From Cyanidioschyzon merolae (Eukaryota), in the NCBI GenBank assembly GCA_000091205.1, contig AP006496.2: a stretch of 64,000 nt of DNA. One strand, 5' to 3'. Numbering within the stretch: position 1 is the stretch's first letter; every line of letters begins with the position of its first letter. A model generated the notes under the pieces. That model was not told the DNA's origin, searched no databases, and saw nothing but the letters and a program-made list of their open reading frames with translations. Positions 50,352 through 61,512 of this stretch are shown here, in pieces. The position numbers and the translations under genes are program-made.

Positions 50352-52791
50352 CTGAGTGCACGTCATCGCCCAGGACGAATCGTCTACCGTGCAATCTCGG
50401 AAGCAGAGCCGGCGCTAAAAGCGCCAGCGCGCGAACCGTGGACTCGTCACATGCTGGAAACGCGGGAAATTGTGGACCACGCTTGTCTCTATGGTGGAAC
50501 ACGTTGGATACGCGTGCATGATGGGACCATTCGCACATGCTTTCGGCGAGTGCACGGCAGGGCGCGGGTGACGTTCAATGCGATCTGAACGCCACCAACG
50601 ACAGCATCCAAAGCGCTTCCTTGAGCGAAAACGCCGACACTGACTTGAGCCTCGATCGGATGACGCGTTTGGTGAGGGATGTCGAAGCGCGAGCGAACGA
50701 GCGACTTGGACACCGCCGTGGCAACGTATGTTGCCGGTGACTGAACCCCCCAAGCTTGTGGCGAGCAGTACACGCGCTTTCTCCCCGATGAGTGTGATCT
50801 GTGAGCCAGATGGGATTTCCGGATCCCTGGTTGTCGAATAGGCATGTCGTGTGCGAGGTGGTACTCGGCGCACGCCACATGCGCTTCGACAGCAGCCTGC
50901 CTCAGACAGAGATGCTTCGCGCAATGCTTGACTTCACCCATGCAAGAGTACGAGTAGGGAGTTCATGGAATACGGGCGTATAGTCTAAAATTTAAATCTC
51001 TTCGAGCAGTCATCAACATCAACCTTTTGAGGGTTTTTCGCAGTGGCTGCTTCCTCTTCATCATTCTCATTTGTGGCTTTACGTACACCGGACTCTGCTT
51101 TCCCACTGGCGCCGTCATTCGCTTTCGCGGGATGTTGATGGTTGCGTTGCATTCCCGATACCGCCGATTCCGGCTGTTGTCGACGCCTCTGATACGTAGA
51201 CGGAAGTTGCGATCTACACTTCGCTTTCCATGTCGATCTTCTTTGGATACAGCCTTAGTGGGCCCTCCGCAGTGATGACACCTGGGTGTTGTCAACTGTT
51301 GCTGTAGGTGCATTGCATATCGCCCTCCGAGTGCTACCCTGTGGCGCTTGAAAGCTTGTTTGACCACTCAGTACATATCCTTGACGGGTACAGATGAGCC
51401 CATACAAATGACCTCCTTCGTTTCAGCGCCCGCTGCCGTACCCCTCGATCACGGACCTGTTCTGGGCGATCCCCTGGTCAAGTACTCTGCCGGCAGCATG
51501 CCCATGCGTATGCTGCTCCATTCGATACGGGATGTGTCATACGCGATATTGTCCATAGTGAAACAAGTACCGGGAGGAGAATCTAGTCCTGGGAGGATTT
51601 CGAGAAATTTCGATCAGTTCGCGCTCCTTTCATGCCACTCGGTGGCATACAGTTCACTGGACGCGATCGCTGCGATGACTAGAGTCCGAGTCCAAGACCC
51701 GCTTTCATGCATACAGAAGTGACGCGAGCCGCTGCGAGCGCACCCATGACAGGTACCATGGTGCTGTGGAGTGCCGTTTCGTTCATAGTTACGAAGAGAG
51801 AGAATGATTTGTCTTCCGAACGGCTTCGATTGTTTGACATGACAAGTTCAGTGAACGTTTGGCATGAGCATCCAAAGCGGCCATCAACGTAAGACGTTGA
51901 GTCTCTTTAATCGTCAATCCGGCCGATCGAAACGGTGCGCCAACGAGCTGCGTTTTAACGGAGAGATCGTGGATTTGAAGCATGCTTGCGCTATGCGTAC
52001 GCCAAACATAAGGAAATGAGAAGCATGCAGGCTTACGCGAATGAATTGGATAATGGTATTCGCTATTTCACGGGAGCTTGTTGGTCGGCATCGCGAAGCG
52101 TCATGATTCCGGTATCGTGACCACGTCCAGTGACAAGGCGTCGTTGGGGTCATTGCGGTACGATGGCCAAGCATCCTAAACCTGCTTACGTAACCTTTAG
52201 CCTTTATTGCTGTACTTCGAATCTAGATACTGTACAGCTAGAAAAACTCAAAAAAAGACCACAGGCTGGAACAGATCGTCCACTCTAGTCCTCAGTTTCA
52301 TCTGACACGGGTAGAGTGAAAATCCCATATTCACGTTCGTGCTCACGTCCTAGTCGTCTGGCTGCCGCCAGCTCCGACGCAATCCAAGAGTTGACCTCAC
52401 AAACCTTGCAGAGAAACCGCGTAAGGATCGCGGGCAGAGGAGGACGACCGCTCCCCTGCTGTCGCACGCCGTCGCGGCGTGCTCGCGCCTCGCGTCTCGT
52501 CTGTAAGCGTACTCGTTCTTACAGTGACCGACTCCGTCGAGCATCTGCCAGTTTAAGAGTCCGCGGAGCCACTAGTTTGCGGCCTGGAAAACACGGTCTC
52601 CGAGTCTGGCGTGCCTGCTCGAGGTCGCGGCCCCATGTTGCGGGCAAAGTTCGCGAGAAGGAAGACGGCGCCTCCGATCCCAAAGGCTGCAAGGGAGCCG
52701 CTCGTCAAGTAGAACAGCCCATCCACTATCCTGTGTGTACTCATTTTCCAAAGTATGTGAAGTTTTCCGTTGGTATTTGCAAAGTTCTGGG

Positions 52792-52817
52792 CAGCAGCAG
52801 CAGCAGCAGCAGCAGCA
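52792..52817. repeat. (CAG)n microsatellite, intergenic
   Basis: Read directly. Confidence 0.9.
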
Positions 52818-53425
52818 GAATCACGTGCTCACATCCCGATGACCACAAGGAATCGGTCGGCAGTGCTTCCGTCGATGTATCCGGACTCTGCTGACCAGTG
52901 ATGCGCCGCTTTGGATCGTACCGAATGCATGAGACTGCTTTATGCAAATTCTACGCAAAAGATTCATGATTGTACAGATTAGTAGTGGTGCGCCTCTGCG
53001 TTCGGCGAAGGTGCTAGTCACGTCGATGGTGTCATGGTGCAGCAATGGTGCGATCTTTGATCCTATCCATCTCTATATGATAGTATTCAATGATATTCAA
53101 AATGGACCTTCGATCCATTCTACCGTCGCGTTTCCGCGGCGCCTCGTCCATGGGCTTCAACGATGCCGCGCCTGCCTCGGCGATTCGCTCGTACGAGACA
53201 TCTCCGCGAACCCGGTACTTTCTCTATTGAGCTGTGTGTGCCAGACTAGTTCTTAGTGCACTCTTTTTTGCTGTGTATTCATTGTCGTCGGAACCAAGAT
53301 CAGGAATGACCGTGCTGGCTTTCCGAAATTGCTTACCACGCACGCCCTGAGTGCTCGCCCGCGTGGAACAAGCTCGATTTTTTCTGGGGCAAGGCACTCG
53401 TGAGGCCGCTGTTCAGTTGCTTGAG

Positions 53426-55249
53426 ATGAAGCGCTCCAAGCGACAGGGCAACGGCGCGACGAGCACACAGCACGAAAAGAAACGGTCCACGCACGCTAAG
53501 GGCTCGTCGGACGCAGGCCAGGTGTCAGTCCCGTGCACACTGCTGGACCAGTCAGATCGTCTGATCAGCTTGCGCGAGAAATACACCAGCGCAGAACCTT
53601 TTTCACATATCCAGCTGCGCGAAGTTTTTGATGAGGTTTTTCTTAATGCAGTGCGTAACGAGATCATTAGCAACTGTACCGGATCTTTGAAAGAAACCGA
53701 TATTTACAAAGTCTATCAAACGGGAGAGCTCCGTAATCTCGACGCCCTCAGCACTGAAGAGCAGCGACGTCTGCGCAACCTGCGGGTCCTCCGGGATATA
53801 CTCTATTCAGAGCGCTTCCGAAAATTTTTGATGGCGCTTACCGGTTGCTGTGATGAGTCGTGTGGCGAATGCCTCGACGGGGATCTCATCGATTGCTCGA
53901 TCAACGTGTACACGAGAGGATGCCATCTGCTCTGCCACGACGACGCCATCGGGACGCGACGTCTGAGCTATATCCTGTATTTGACGGAACCGGAGCATAC
54001 ATGGACGCAGGAAGATGGCGGATCCCTGCAGTTGTTTCGGCTTCGAGATGGGAAACCGGTTCAGGGCGCGATACCAGAGCCGGAGAACTACTCGCACACT
54101 TCGCTGTTGCCGGAGTGGAACACGCTAGCAGTTTTCCAGGTATTACCGGGGCGCAGTTTTCACGCGGTAGAGGAGGTGCGCACGGACGAGATGCCACGCC
54201 TAAGCATCAGTGGTTGGTACCATGTCCGCGCGCCCGACGATAAGACTCCAGTGGACCCGGCGGCATCGTTGAGGCAGCTGCAGACGGGCGCCCATAGACC
54301 GTTTTTGCCGCTGTCGGCCGAGTTGTCAGCGTCTTGTGCTGTGCTATCTCAGGGGTCAGATCGCGCCCGGACGCTGCTAGATGCGGCGCTCTCCACTGCT
54401 GAACTGGAGTATTTGCGCACCTACATACAGCCAGTGTATTTTGAGGACGCCCACGTGCGAGCTATTCGGAAACGATTTCGCCGCGAAAGCAGCGTTCAAC
54501 TGCATGATTTTCTGAAAATTAGCGGAGAGGCCTCGGCGCTGGTGGCAGCTTTGCATGAGACCGATAGCGACGCTCGAGTCAGATGGCAACGACTTGCAGC
54601 TGGCGGCGAAAGCAGTGACGATCCGTCTGGGTGGCGAACCGTTGGCCCGCCACACCGCCAGCGATATCTGGAGTATCAGGGATATCTGGATTCTGGGCCG
54701 CCTGTTTCGATTCTAGAGGGAACCCTGAATTGTTTCCAGGCACTCTTTGCATCTCGAAGCATGGCTCGCTTCCTCATGGTCCTGACTGGCTTGGATGCCT
54801 CATACGGGCGTATTCGGGGGTATCGTTGCAACATCCGCCGATTCCGACCGGGACTCGACTACACACTAGCAACCTATGAGACGCTGGTGCCGCGGACAGA
54901 GCCCTGCCTTCTTGACGCAACGCTCTGCTTCGTCGACGACCGAGAGCAGGACAGTGCGGAAGCTTGGCGGAGCGGCGAGTGTGGCGGCTATGAATGCTAC
55001 ATGGATAGTGGCGACGGAGACGGTGACCCCAGCGTTTATCGAGATGTCGACGATGCAGATGACGCTAACGGGAACGCGAACCAACTGCTGAATCTACCAC
55101 CGGTATCGAATGCCTTGAGCCTAGTCCTTCGGGATCACGACGTTTTGCGATTCGTCAAATACGTCACTGCCGCTGCTCCGAGCAGCCGCCTCGATCTCGC
55201 ATTTGAGTATGCATTAGCGGAAGAGCACAATGGCAAGGCGTCCCAGTAA
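53426..55249 (+). CDS. OGFOD1/Tpa1-type 2-oxoglutarate/Fe(II)-dependent prolyl hydroxylase (ribosomal protein uS12 hydroxylase family)
   Basis: Matches yeast Tpa1 (from memory) in register: 'ETDIYKVYQTGELRNLDAL', 'LRVLRDILYSERFRKFL', 'INVYTRGCHLLCHDDAIGTRRLSYILYL' (HxD iron motif), 'FQVLPGRSFHAVEEVRTDEMPRLSISGWYH'. The track start at 53351 is GTG; the first ATG, verified at 53426 ('MKRSKRQ...'), was used. Confidence 0.85.
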   Translation: MKRSKRQGNGATSTQHEKKRSTHAKGSSDAGQVSVPCTLLDQSDRLISLREKYTSAEPFSHIQLREVFDEVFLNAVRNEIISNCTGSLKETDIYKVYQTGELRNLDALSTEEQRRLRNLRVLRDILYSERFRKFLMALTGCCDESCGECLDGDLIDCSINVYTRGCHLLCHDDAIGTRRLSYILYLTEPEHTWTQEDGGSLQLFRLRDGKPVQGAIPEPENYSHTSLLPEWNTLAVFQVLPGRSFHAVEEVRTDEMPRLSISGWYHVRAPDDKTPVDPAASLRQLQTGAHRPFLPLSAELSASCAVLSQGSDRARTLLDAALSTAELEYLRTYIQPVYFEDAHVRAIRKRFRRESSVQLHDFLKISGEASALVAALHETDSDARVRWQRLAAGGESSDDPSGWRTVGPPHRQRYLEYQGYLDSGPPVSILEGTLNCFQALFASRSMARFLMVLTGLDASYGRIRGYRCNIRRFRPGLDYTLATYETLVPRTEPCLLDATLCFVDDREQDSAEAWRSGECGGYECYMDSGDGDGDPSVYRDVDDADDANGNANQLLNLPPVSNALSLVLRDHDVLRFVKYVTAAAPSSRLDLAFEYALAEEHNGKASQ

Positions 55250-56279
55250 CACTGGTGACCGTCTCTTGTTGTAAAGGTCGACGCAAAGGCCCCGGAATGC
55301 GATGGTACACAGCTCGTGCATAGATTCTCTGTTTGATAGATCGGTTACACGGACCAAATATCCCAGGTTGAGGCTGAATATTGGCTTTCGGGAGAGCGTC
55401 CATCATGGTGCTAAATCCTACCTCCAAGTTCCATCACTCCTGCTTCCTCTCGTACGTACGAGTCATTTTATACGCTCCATCGTGCACCAAGTGCCTGCCT
55501 TGCTGCACCCGCCGTAGCGTCTATACCGCTGCAGCGGATCCAGCACAGAGACAGAACGGCTTGGTCGTACCACAAGGTTGTCGGCTCGTAGTGTCGTTTA
55601 TCCGACACGGGATCACAGGACATCATCATGCAGGGAGCCTGCAAGCTGTGCATATGGATGTACCGCCTGCTGTAGCGCGAACCGATATACTAGGCGTCCA
55701 CAGCGACCAGGGCGGCGACACGCAGACGCAGCATACCTGGCCCTAGTCCCAGCATAAGCAGCGTTTCAGACGAGTTGCTCAGATCTCACGACAGCACTAG
55801 ACGCTTGGCGCGAACACGAACCACGAGCCCGGTATTCTCGTCCGGCTTACGGGACCTTCCGTCTCTGAGATAATCTTTCGACAATACAGAGACCTTTTCC
55901 CCCTTTTAACGCGTACCGTACGCCTGGAATGAAATTTTTATCGATTGACGAGTTCGTGATTCGTTTCTGTGCTTGCCCGTCTCGTGCGTAGGTGCGTCGC
56001 GCACGCATCGGTCAAGAATCTCGATGGCAACGCTGCGAGATCGCGGCAACAGGCACGCCGTTCCAGCCACGTGGCGCTCTGTCCAGCGACGGAGGCACGT
56101 GCTGTCCGCGATCGCCGCATCCCCGGCAGATACGCGGACACGCCGCCCGCGTCCATCGTCAAATCGACGTCGAAGAAAAGCGCCCTGGACGCACGCACGA
56201 GGGGTTCTCGGATGCCGCGTATCACCCGGCCGGTGGCGCGATGCGTGACGTCGCCTCCGTCGAGCACCGGAAATTGCAA

Positions 56280-56280
<1 letters not shown>

Positions 56281-56306
<26 letters not shown>
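56281..56306. repeat. (CTGC)n microsatellite, intergenic
   Basis: Read directly. Confidence 0.9.
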
Positions 56307-56311
<5 letters not shown>

Positions 56312-56551
56312 GCGCTGAGCATCCGATCTCGCCGGTGCAACGCGTCTCTTCGGGGGAGGCGTTTCGTTTGCAGGCTACACTCGTGCTTGTATCTTCTGGA
56401 TGCTCAGTAGATCAAACGTTGAGCTTCTACCCGAGTCAGTGTTCTAAATCAGCTAACGAGATTTTTCCGTTGGGATAGGTGCTTGCGGTTGGCGGTCACG
56501 TTTTCTTATTTCTGTTGGATATCGTGTCGAAGATTGCGGCTTTGGGTTCCG

Positions 56552-58903
56552 ATGAGACGTTTCCCAGGGTCTGCGGGGTTATTTTTAGCGTGGAATGACT
56601 TTGACTCCTCGTTTGGTTCAGGGAACGATGCGGCTTGCGAAAGCGGCTCGGCGGAGGCGCTGCTCCCTCCGCCGGGGCCACCGCTTCGGTTGTCGGGGCT
56701 GCTTGCAGGTACCGGCACCGGTGACCCAGTCATCCAAAAGCGGCGACTGGGGGAGCGGCGGCCGCCCAAGCCCGGCGGAAGCAGCGAGCGGAGAAGCTAC
56801 GGGGCGGTCGTGGATCCGCAGTGGGCCATCGCTGCGTGCTCACATTCGCACACTGCGGAAACTGCGAGCTGTAGCACGACGTATCCGCTACACGACGGGC
56901 GCTATGTGCCCTCATCGGGTGCTGGCCTGCGAGGATCAACGATGCCAACAACGAAGGATAGATCCAATTGTTTGCATGCGATGCGGCAGTCGCGCTCCAC
57001 CGATTCGATGGAGCGCGCTTTTGTTGGATTCCATTCCGACAGACGGCAAGATGACCTGGCTCCCGTGGACGAAGCAGTCCTATCTCAAGCTTCAACCGAG
57101 AGACTTGAAGGCATCGCTGGGAAACGGAACTCGAATATGCCCGATCTCTCGCTCTGTTCGCACTCTGAAACGGCACCCGGCATCGACGCGGCGCCCGGGT
57201 ACATCAGCACCGACGAGATACCAGAGCGCCATGGCCCTGTACTGCATCGTTGCATTTGGGTTGAAGCGGTCCTCCACGGAGACTGCCCTGCGGAGATTGC
57301 ACAACACTCAATGCTGGAGATTCGGGCGAAAAACGGTACCCAGTGGCAGAGCATCTGTCCTGATCTTGATCACGACCTCGAAGGCAGCCCAGCACATGAA
57401 TGGCACACGACGCTGGCCCCAGATCGGAATACGCACCTGCGGCATACCGCCTCGCAACCAGTTCACCAAGATGCTCCGGATGCGTCATTTGCCAGGGTGA
57501 CGATTTTCGGCAGCGACGCACCAGCATCGCCACCGCTGAGACAGACGGCGGCGGTGGCGCTGACCGCACGACACAGTCGCCCAAAGCAGCCTCGCGCTGC
57601 AGAGAGCCGGCTCCACGTACTCCGTATACCCTGCGGATGCCGCCTGGCATCAAACGGCGTCTGCGAACTGGAGATCTACCTGCATATGCGCATCAAGGTG
57701 GCATCAGAGACGCGTTTCGGCTGCACGCTGTTCGCTTTCGATCAACAACGGACGCCCCTGGCAAGCCCTCACTTTGTGTATGTCACCATTTCTGGGGGAA
57801 ACGTTACAGACCGGAACAACCCAATCGGTCGTCTGCAGGTAACCTGTGAGCGCGCCAGCAACTGGAGCAGAGAGCGGATGCGTGGAATCCCCGAAGCATC
57901 CTGGCAGCGCGCAACCTGGTTGCTTCCGACATCACTTCACGATCCAGTCACCGCGGGGCTCTCGCAGGCGCCCAATGAAACGGAGCTCGCCGCACCGCTC
58001 GACATGTTCGATGTCTTCTGGAGACCTGCGGCGAACTGCGCTCTCGCAGGGTCTCCATCTCGAGCCTCTTCGCAGCCTTGCCCGAGGAGCGTCAAACACG
58101 CTCCCGATGCTCCGGTACACCCGCGCAGGGCATCCGGTGTGAACGCTGCCGCTCTCGGTATCGAGAGCGATGCTCCATTCCAGAGTTGCTGTGCGCTGGA
58201 GGGCGCCAGCGCCCGCGCAGCAGCCTCTCGAGTGAGTCCAGTTACAGACGCCTGGTCCAGCGTTGAACAAGCAGAAACGTATGCACTGTGGTCTTTTTCG
58301 CTGGACTCTTTCGAGCCAGTTGCCGCTGTGGAACCGAGGTCTTCGCTAGCGACAGAGCAGCTTGTCGCTGAACGTGAATGCTGCCCCCTGGAAAAGCCAG
58401 ATTTCCCGGGCGTAGGGGTTGCATGCAAGCCACCATCAGCCACTAGTCCGCACTCGTCGGCGAGCGGAACGCCCGGACACGCTTCCAGCGATTCACATGG
58501 CATTGATTCGCAGCCTGCAGTGGACCCGGACACAGCGCAGGCTTTTGCCCGGGTTCGTGAACGAATTCGTGGCAAATCGAAACGTTTCACGCTCTACGCA
58601 ATCACGCTCTCCGACTTGCGCTCTTTCTTTCATTTGCCCCGTGACGTGGTGGCTAGGCATCTTGGAATCTGCGTGACGCTCCTCAAAAAGATTGCTCGTC
58701 GCAACGGTATTGCACACTGGCCGTATCGTCGCCTCAAAACGCTTCGGAGCAAAATCGCGGCGCTTGAGGTTGAGCTTCAGCTCCCAAGTGTTGTTGATCG
58801 AAACGGTCGCGCACTTTGCCGTCAACTCCAGCAGCTGCGCCAGCGAATGCAGCAGATTCAGGGTAATGGTGCGGTCTCCGATGACGCGCTACCAGCATCC
58901 TAG
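56552..58903 (+). CDS. RWP-RK domain transcription factor (NIN-like/MID-like), with a C-terminal RWP-RK domain at ~58590-58770
   Basis: 'FTLYAITLSDLRSFFHLPRDVVARHLGICVTLLKKIARRNGIAHWPYRRLKTLRSKIAALE' is an RWP-RK domain with the variant core 'HWPYRR'. The track start at 56483 is TTG; the first ATG is at 56552. The extent of N-terminal coding is uncertain. Confidence 0.6.
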   Translation: MRRFPGSAGLFLAWNDFDSSFGSGNDAACESGSAEALLPPPGPPLRLSGLLAGTGTGDPVIQKRRLGERRPPKPGGSSERRSYGAVVDPQWAIAACSHSHTAETASCSTTYPLHDGRYVPSSGAGLRGSTMPTTKDRSNCLHAMRQSRSTDSMERAFVGFHSDRRQDDLAPVDEAVLSQASTERLEGIAGKRNSNMPDLSLCSHSETAPGIDAAPGYISTDEIPERHGPVLHRCIWVEAVLHGDCPAEIAQHSMLEIRAKNGTQWQSICPDLDHDLEGSPAHEWHTTLAPDRNTHLRHTASQPVHQDAPDASFARVTIFGSDAPASPPLRQTAAVALTARHSRPKQPRAAESRLHVLRIPCGCRLASNGVCELEIYLHMRIKVASETRFGCTLFAFDQQRTPLASPHFVYVTISGGNVTDRNNPIGRLQVTCERASNWSRERMRGIPEASWQRATWLLPTSLHDPVTAGLSQAPNETELAAPLDMFDVFWRPAANCALAGSPSRASSQPCPRSVKHAPDAPVHPRRASGVNAAALGIESDAPFQSCCALEGASARAAASRVSPVTDAWSSVEQAETYALWSFSLDSFEPVAAVEPRSSLATEQLVAERECCPLEKPDFPGVGVACKPPSATSPHSSASGTPGHASSDSHGIDSQPAVDPDTAQAFARVRERIRGKSKRFTLYAITLSDLRSFFHLPRDVVARHLGICVTLLKKIARRNGIAHWPYRRLKTLRSKIAALEVELQLPSVVDRNGRALCRQLQQLRQRMQQIQGNGAVSDDALPAS

Positions 58904-59582
58904 ACACGCGAGATAGCGTATGAGGCAGCGCAGCAGAGGCGGCAGCTCCTTGACAGCGATGCTCTCAACTATTGATAAGGAGGCAGCATGTGCCATTCGC
59001 AGAACTCGTTATCTTTGGTAGCGTACGAACAAGTCGCTCTGATTCCTGTTCGACTCGCTTTACGCGAAGGTGCACATTCTTGTGCATAGATCGGCAACGG
59101 AAGCGATGGTACGCTGGGACCTGGAAATAGGCACCAGCGGACGGGGAGCAGGACTAGTGCAGCTTCCAAGGAGCACCCGCCGCCGCTGGCGAGTTTCCTG
59201 GTACCGCAATAGCAGCGGCCGCTGCTTCGCTCGCGGATTCTCGCGGGTTACTGCCAGCCACAGCCGTTCAACGCTGCTCGACAAGCGCTTTGGCGTTGTG
59301 GTCAGTCCGAAGCAGACGATGCCCAGATTGTAACTGCATAGCGCCAAAATAATGCCAACGCGATACCACAACGCTCGGCGGTATCGCTATCATCTGGAAC
59401 CTGGCCAGCGTGCGTTGCAGCAAAGTAAAGGTCTCGGCATCGAGCGGCACTGGACGGCTCATTTCCGAACAAGTATCGCTTGCCAGGGGAGCACGCTTTC
59501 CGTAAGTATTGCCTGGGTAGCTTCGCGTACTAGCGTCCAGTGCCGGTACGTATCATTTCCTAGCAAGCCTGATCGCGCTCTC

Positions 59583-60608
59583 CTAAACCTGAGCGGCAGC
59601 CATTCGCTCGCATTCCTCCAGATACTGAGCAAGTGACCAATCCACATCGACTGGTTCAATGTTATGATACCAGACCGCACCAGAAGCTTGAGATTGCGTT
59701 CCTGCGGAAATCCGGAAACAGCTCCGACCGCCTGGGTACCATACAAACCTTTGCGCTTGTATTCCTGGGACATTTTTCGCGAGATACTCCTGCAACGCGG
59801 CTACTGGACCATACACCTGGAGCTGACCTCTCTCACCACGCTCCACGTGCAGTGTCTGCACCGACTCGCAATAGAGTTCCAGGTCGCGATCATCGGGAAC
59901 GTGTGCGCTTCTCGCGGGTCCGTTCACGAGGTGTACACGCCTCTGCTGATCTAAGAGCGTGCAACCTGCGTTCGAGATCTTCCATATGCGATGGTACGAA
60001 CGTGGCTGGCCAATAGCAGTGTTCAACAAAGCGCGAATACTCTGTTGATGCGCGATCACGACCCAGTGGTTTGCGGGCGACACTGCGGATACGCTTGCCG
60101 AGTCTCGAGTTTCCCAGAACTTTTGGGCCCTTGCATAGAGCTCCGCAAAATGTGGACAGTTCTCGGGCTCCTTGCGATGAATACGATACGCTTCAGCGTA
60201 TTTGTCGTCAATGTCGCCCCGCTGTTGACCCTGCCAGGGCACGGAAACCTCCCAGAGCAGTTCGGTGTCCCAACGTACCCAGTTCCTCCGTTTCGCTGCA
60301 AACGTGTCGAAGTACTTGGCAGTTTCCTGTGCTCGACTGAGCGTTGACACCGCCAGGGTGTGAATTCTCTCCGCAGCACTCGCGGTAACCCACTTGGCCG
60401 TCTGTGCCGCCTGCTCGTGCCCAGTGCTCGTCAGGCGTGGTTCGTTGCTCTGACCCTGGGCCCGACCACTTCGGTTCCAGTCAGTTTCACCGTGTCGAAT
60501 GAGAAGTGTTGCACCGGATAGCACAAGAATGAACATGAAGCACTGGCAAGGAACGCTCCGAGTCCACGCGTGTATCGCGGTAATCGCAGCTCGCTCGCCC
60601 ACGAGCAT
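59583..60608 (-). CDS. Histidine phosphatase superfamily protein (phosphoglycerate mutase-like, branch 1)
   Basis: 'LLIRHGETDWN' is the catalytic RHG motif. ATG verified at 60608..60606. The true start may be the internal Met immediately before it ('MFILVLSGATLLIRHGE'). Confidence 0.65.
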   Translation of the reverse strand: MLVGERAAITAIHAWTRSVPCQCFMFILVLSGATLLIRHGETDWNRSGRAQGQSNEPRLTSTGHEQAAQTAKWVTASAAERIHTLAVSTLSRAQETAKYFDTFAAKRRNWVRWDTELLWEVSVPWQGQQRGDIDDKYAEAYRIHRKEPENCPHFAELYARAQKFWETRDSASVSAVSPANHWVVIAHQQSIRALLNTAIGQPRSYHRIWKISNAGCTLLDQQRRVHLVNGPARSAHVPDDRDLELYCESVQTLHVERGERGQLQVYGPVAALQEYLAKNVPGIQAQRFVWYPGGRSCFRISAGTQSQASGAVWYHNIEPVDVDWSLAQYLEECERMAAAQV

Positions 60609-61512
60609 ATGGTCGCTTCAGCGATGGTCGAGCGGTAGCAGCTGAAGCCTGCGTTGCATCCTGCACCTGTAGTGTCGAACGAACGAACGAACGATTATTC
60701 GATAGTTTAAATATGGATCCGGTGTTGTGGAATCTCACGGTATGTCTTGAGCAGCTGGCTTGTCTGGTGTGTATCTCGGACGGGCGTACGCGACTATACT
60801 CTATGGGGAATACAAACGTTTCACGGTAAGCTGAGGTCATTTGCCAGCTCACCGGAGACGTTCGCGCACCTTCGCATGCGCTTGTTTTACCTTCTGATCT
60901 TATACGATAAAAACGAGGACTGCAGAGGGTATCTCTAAACGGGGCCTCGTTCAGAGCGCTCCGCAACGCCCTGGGGTGCAAGGGAGCGCCCATGAAGGAA
61001 TCGTCTCAAAGCTGCATCGACGCTCCACTGCCGTATCTCCTGAGCAGAGCGCTCTCCCAGAGAGAGATACTCAGTATACGCAAATGGGTCTGTCTGAATT
61101 CTCAGAGCACAACTTGGACGTGCCGTTCCTCTACCGCGTTCAACAAAGCTCGTAAGCCGTGTGCGCACTTGCCACTCTGAGGTGTCGGCGAACATTCGCA
61201 TCCGTCGCTCACCCGGCAGTCAATCGCCTGTGTGCCTAGGCCGTCTTGGGTCCTGCAAGCCAACAGGCACAGTGGCGTCGCGTCTCACGGCACTGGGACA
61301 CTGAACGCGCTCAAGCGGGCCCGTCGAGGATCACAGCACACACATACACACACACACCGCTACCGCAACGGGGTTGTGTTGACGCTCGCCTGCTCTCGAC
61401 GGAAGCGTCTGCACACACAGAGAACGCCTTCACGACCTTCCTGAATACGGTCGCTTTACAGAACGCAAGCAGGCGGGGCACACGTTTCCCAGCGCTTGAC
61501 CAGCGCCCAGTA

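Noticed and set aside
52285-52744. Two short minus-strand ORFs (52553..52744 with a TM-like 'LFYLTSGSLAAFGIGGAVFLLANF', and 52285..52467) as exons of one small membrane-protein gene
   Set aside because: The only GT...AG candidate between them is ~22 nt, too short for an intron, and the frames do not join cleanly. Left unannotated pending transcript data.
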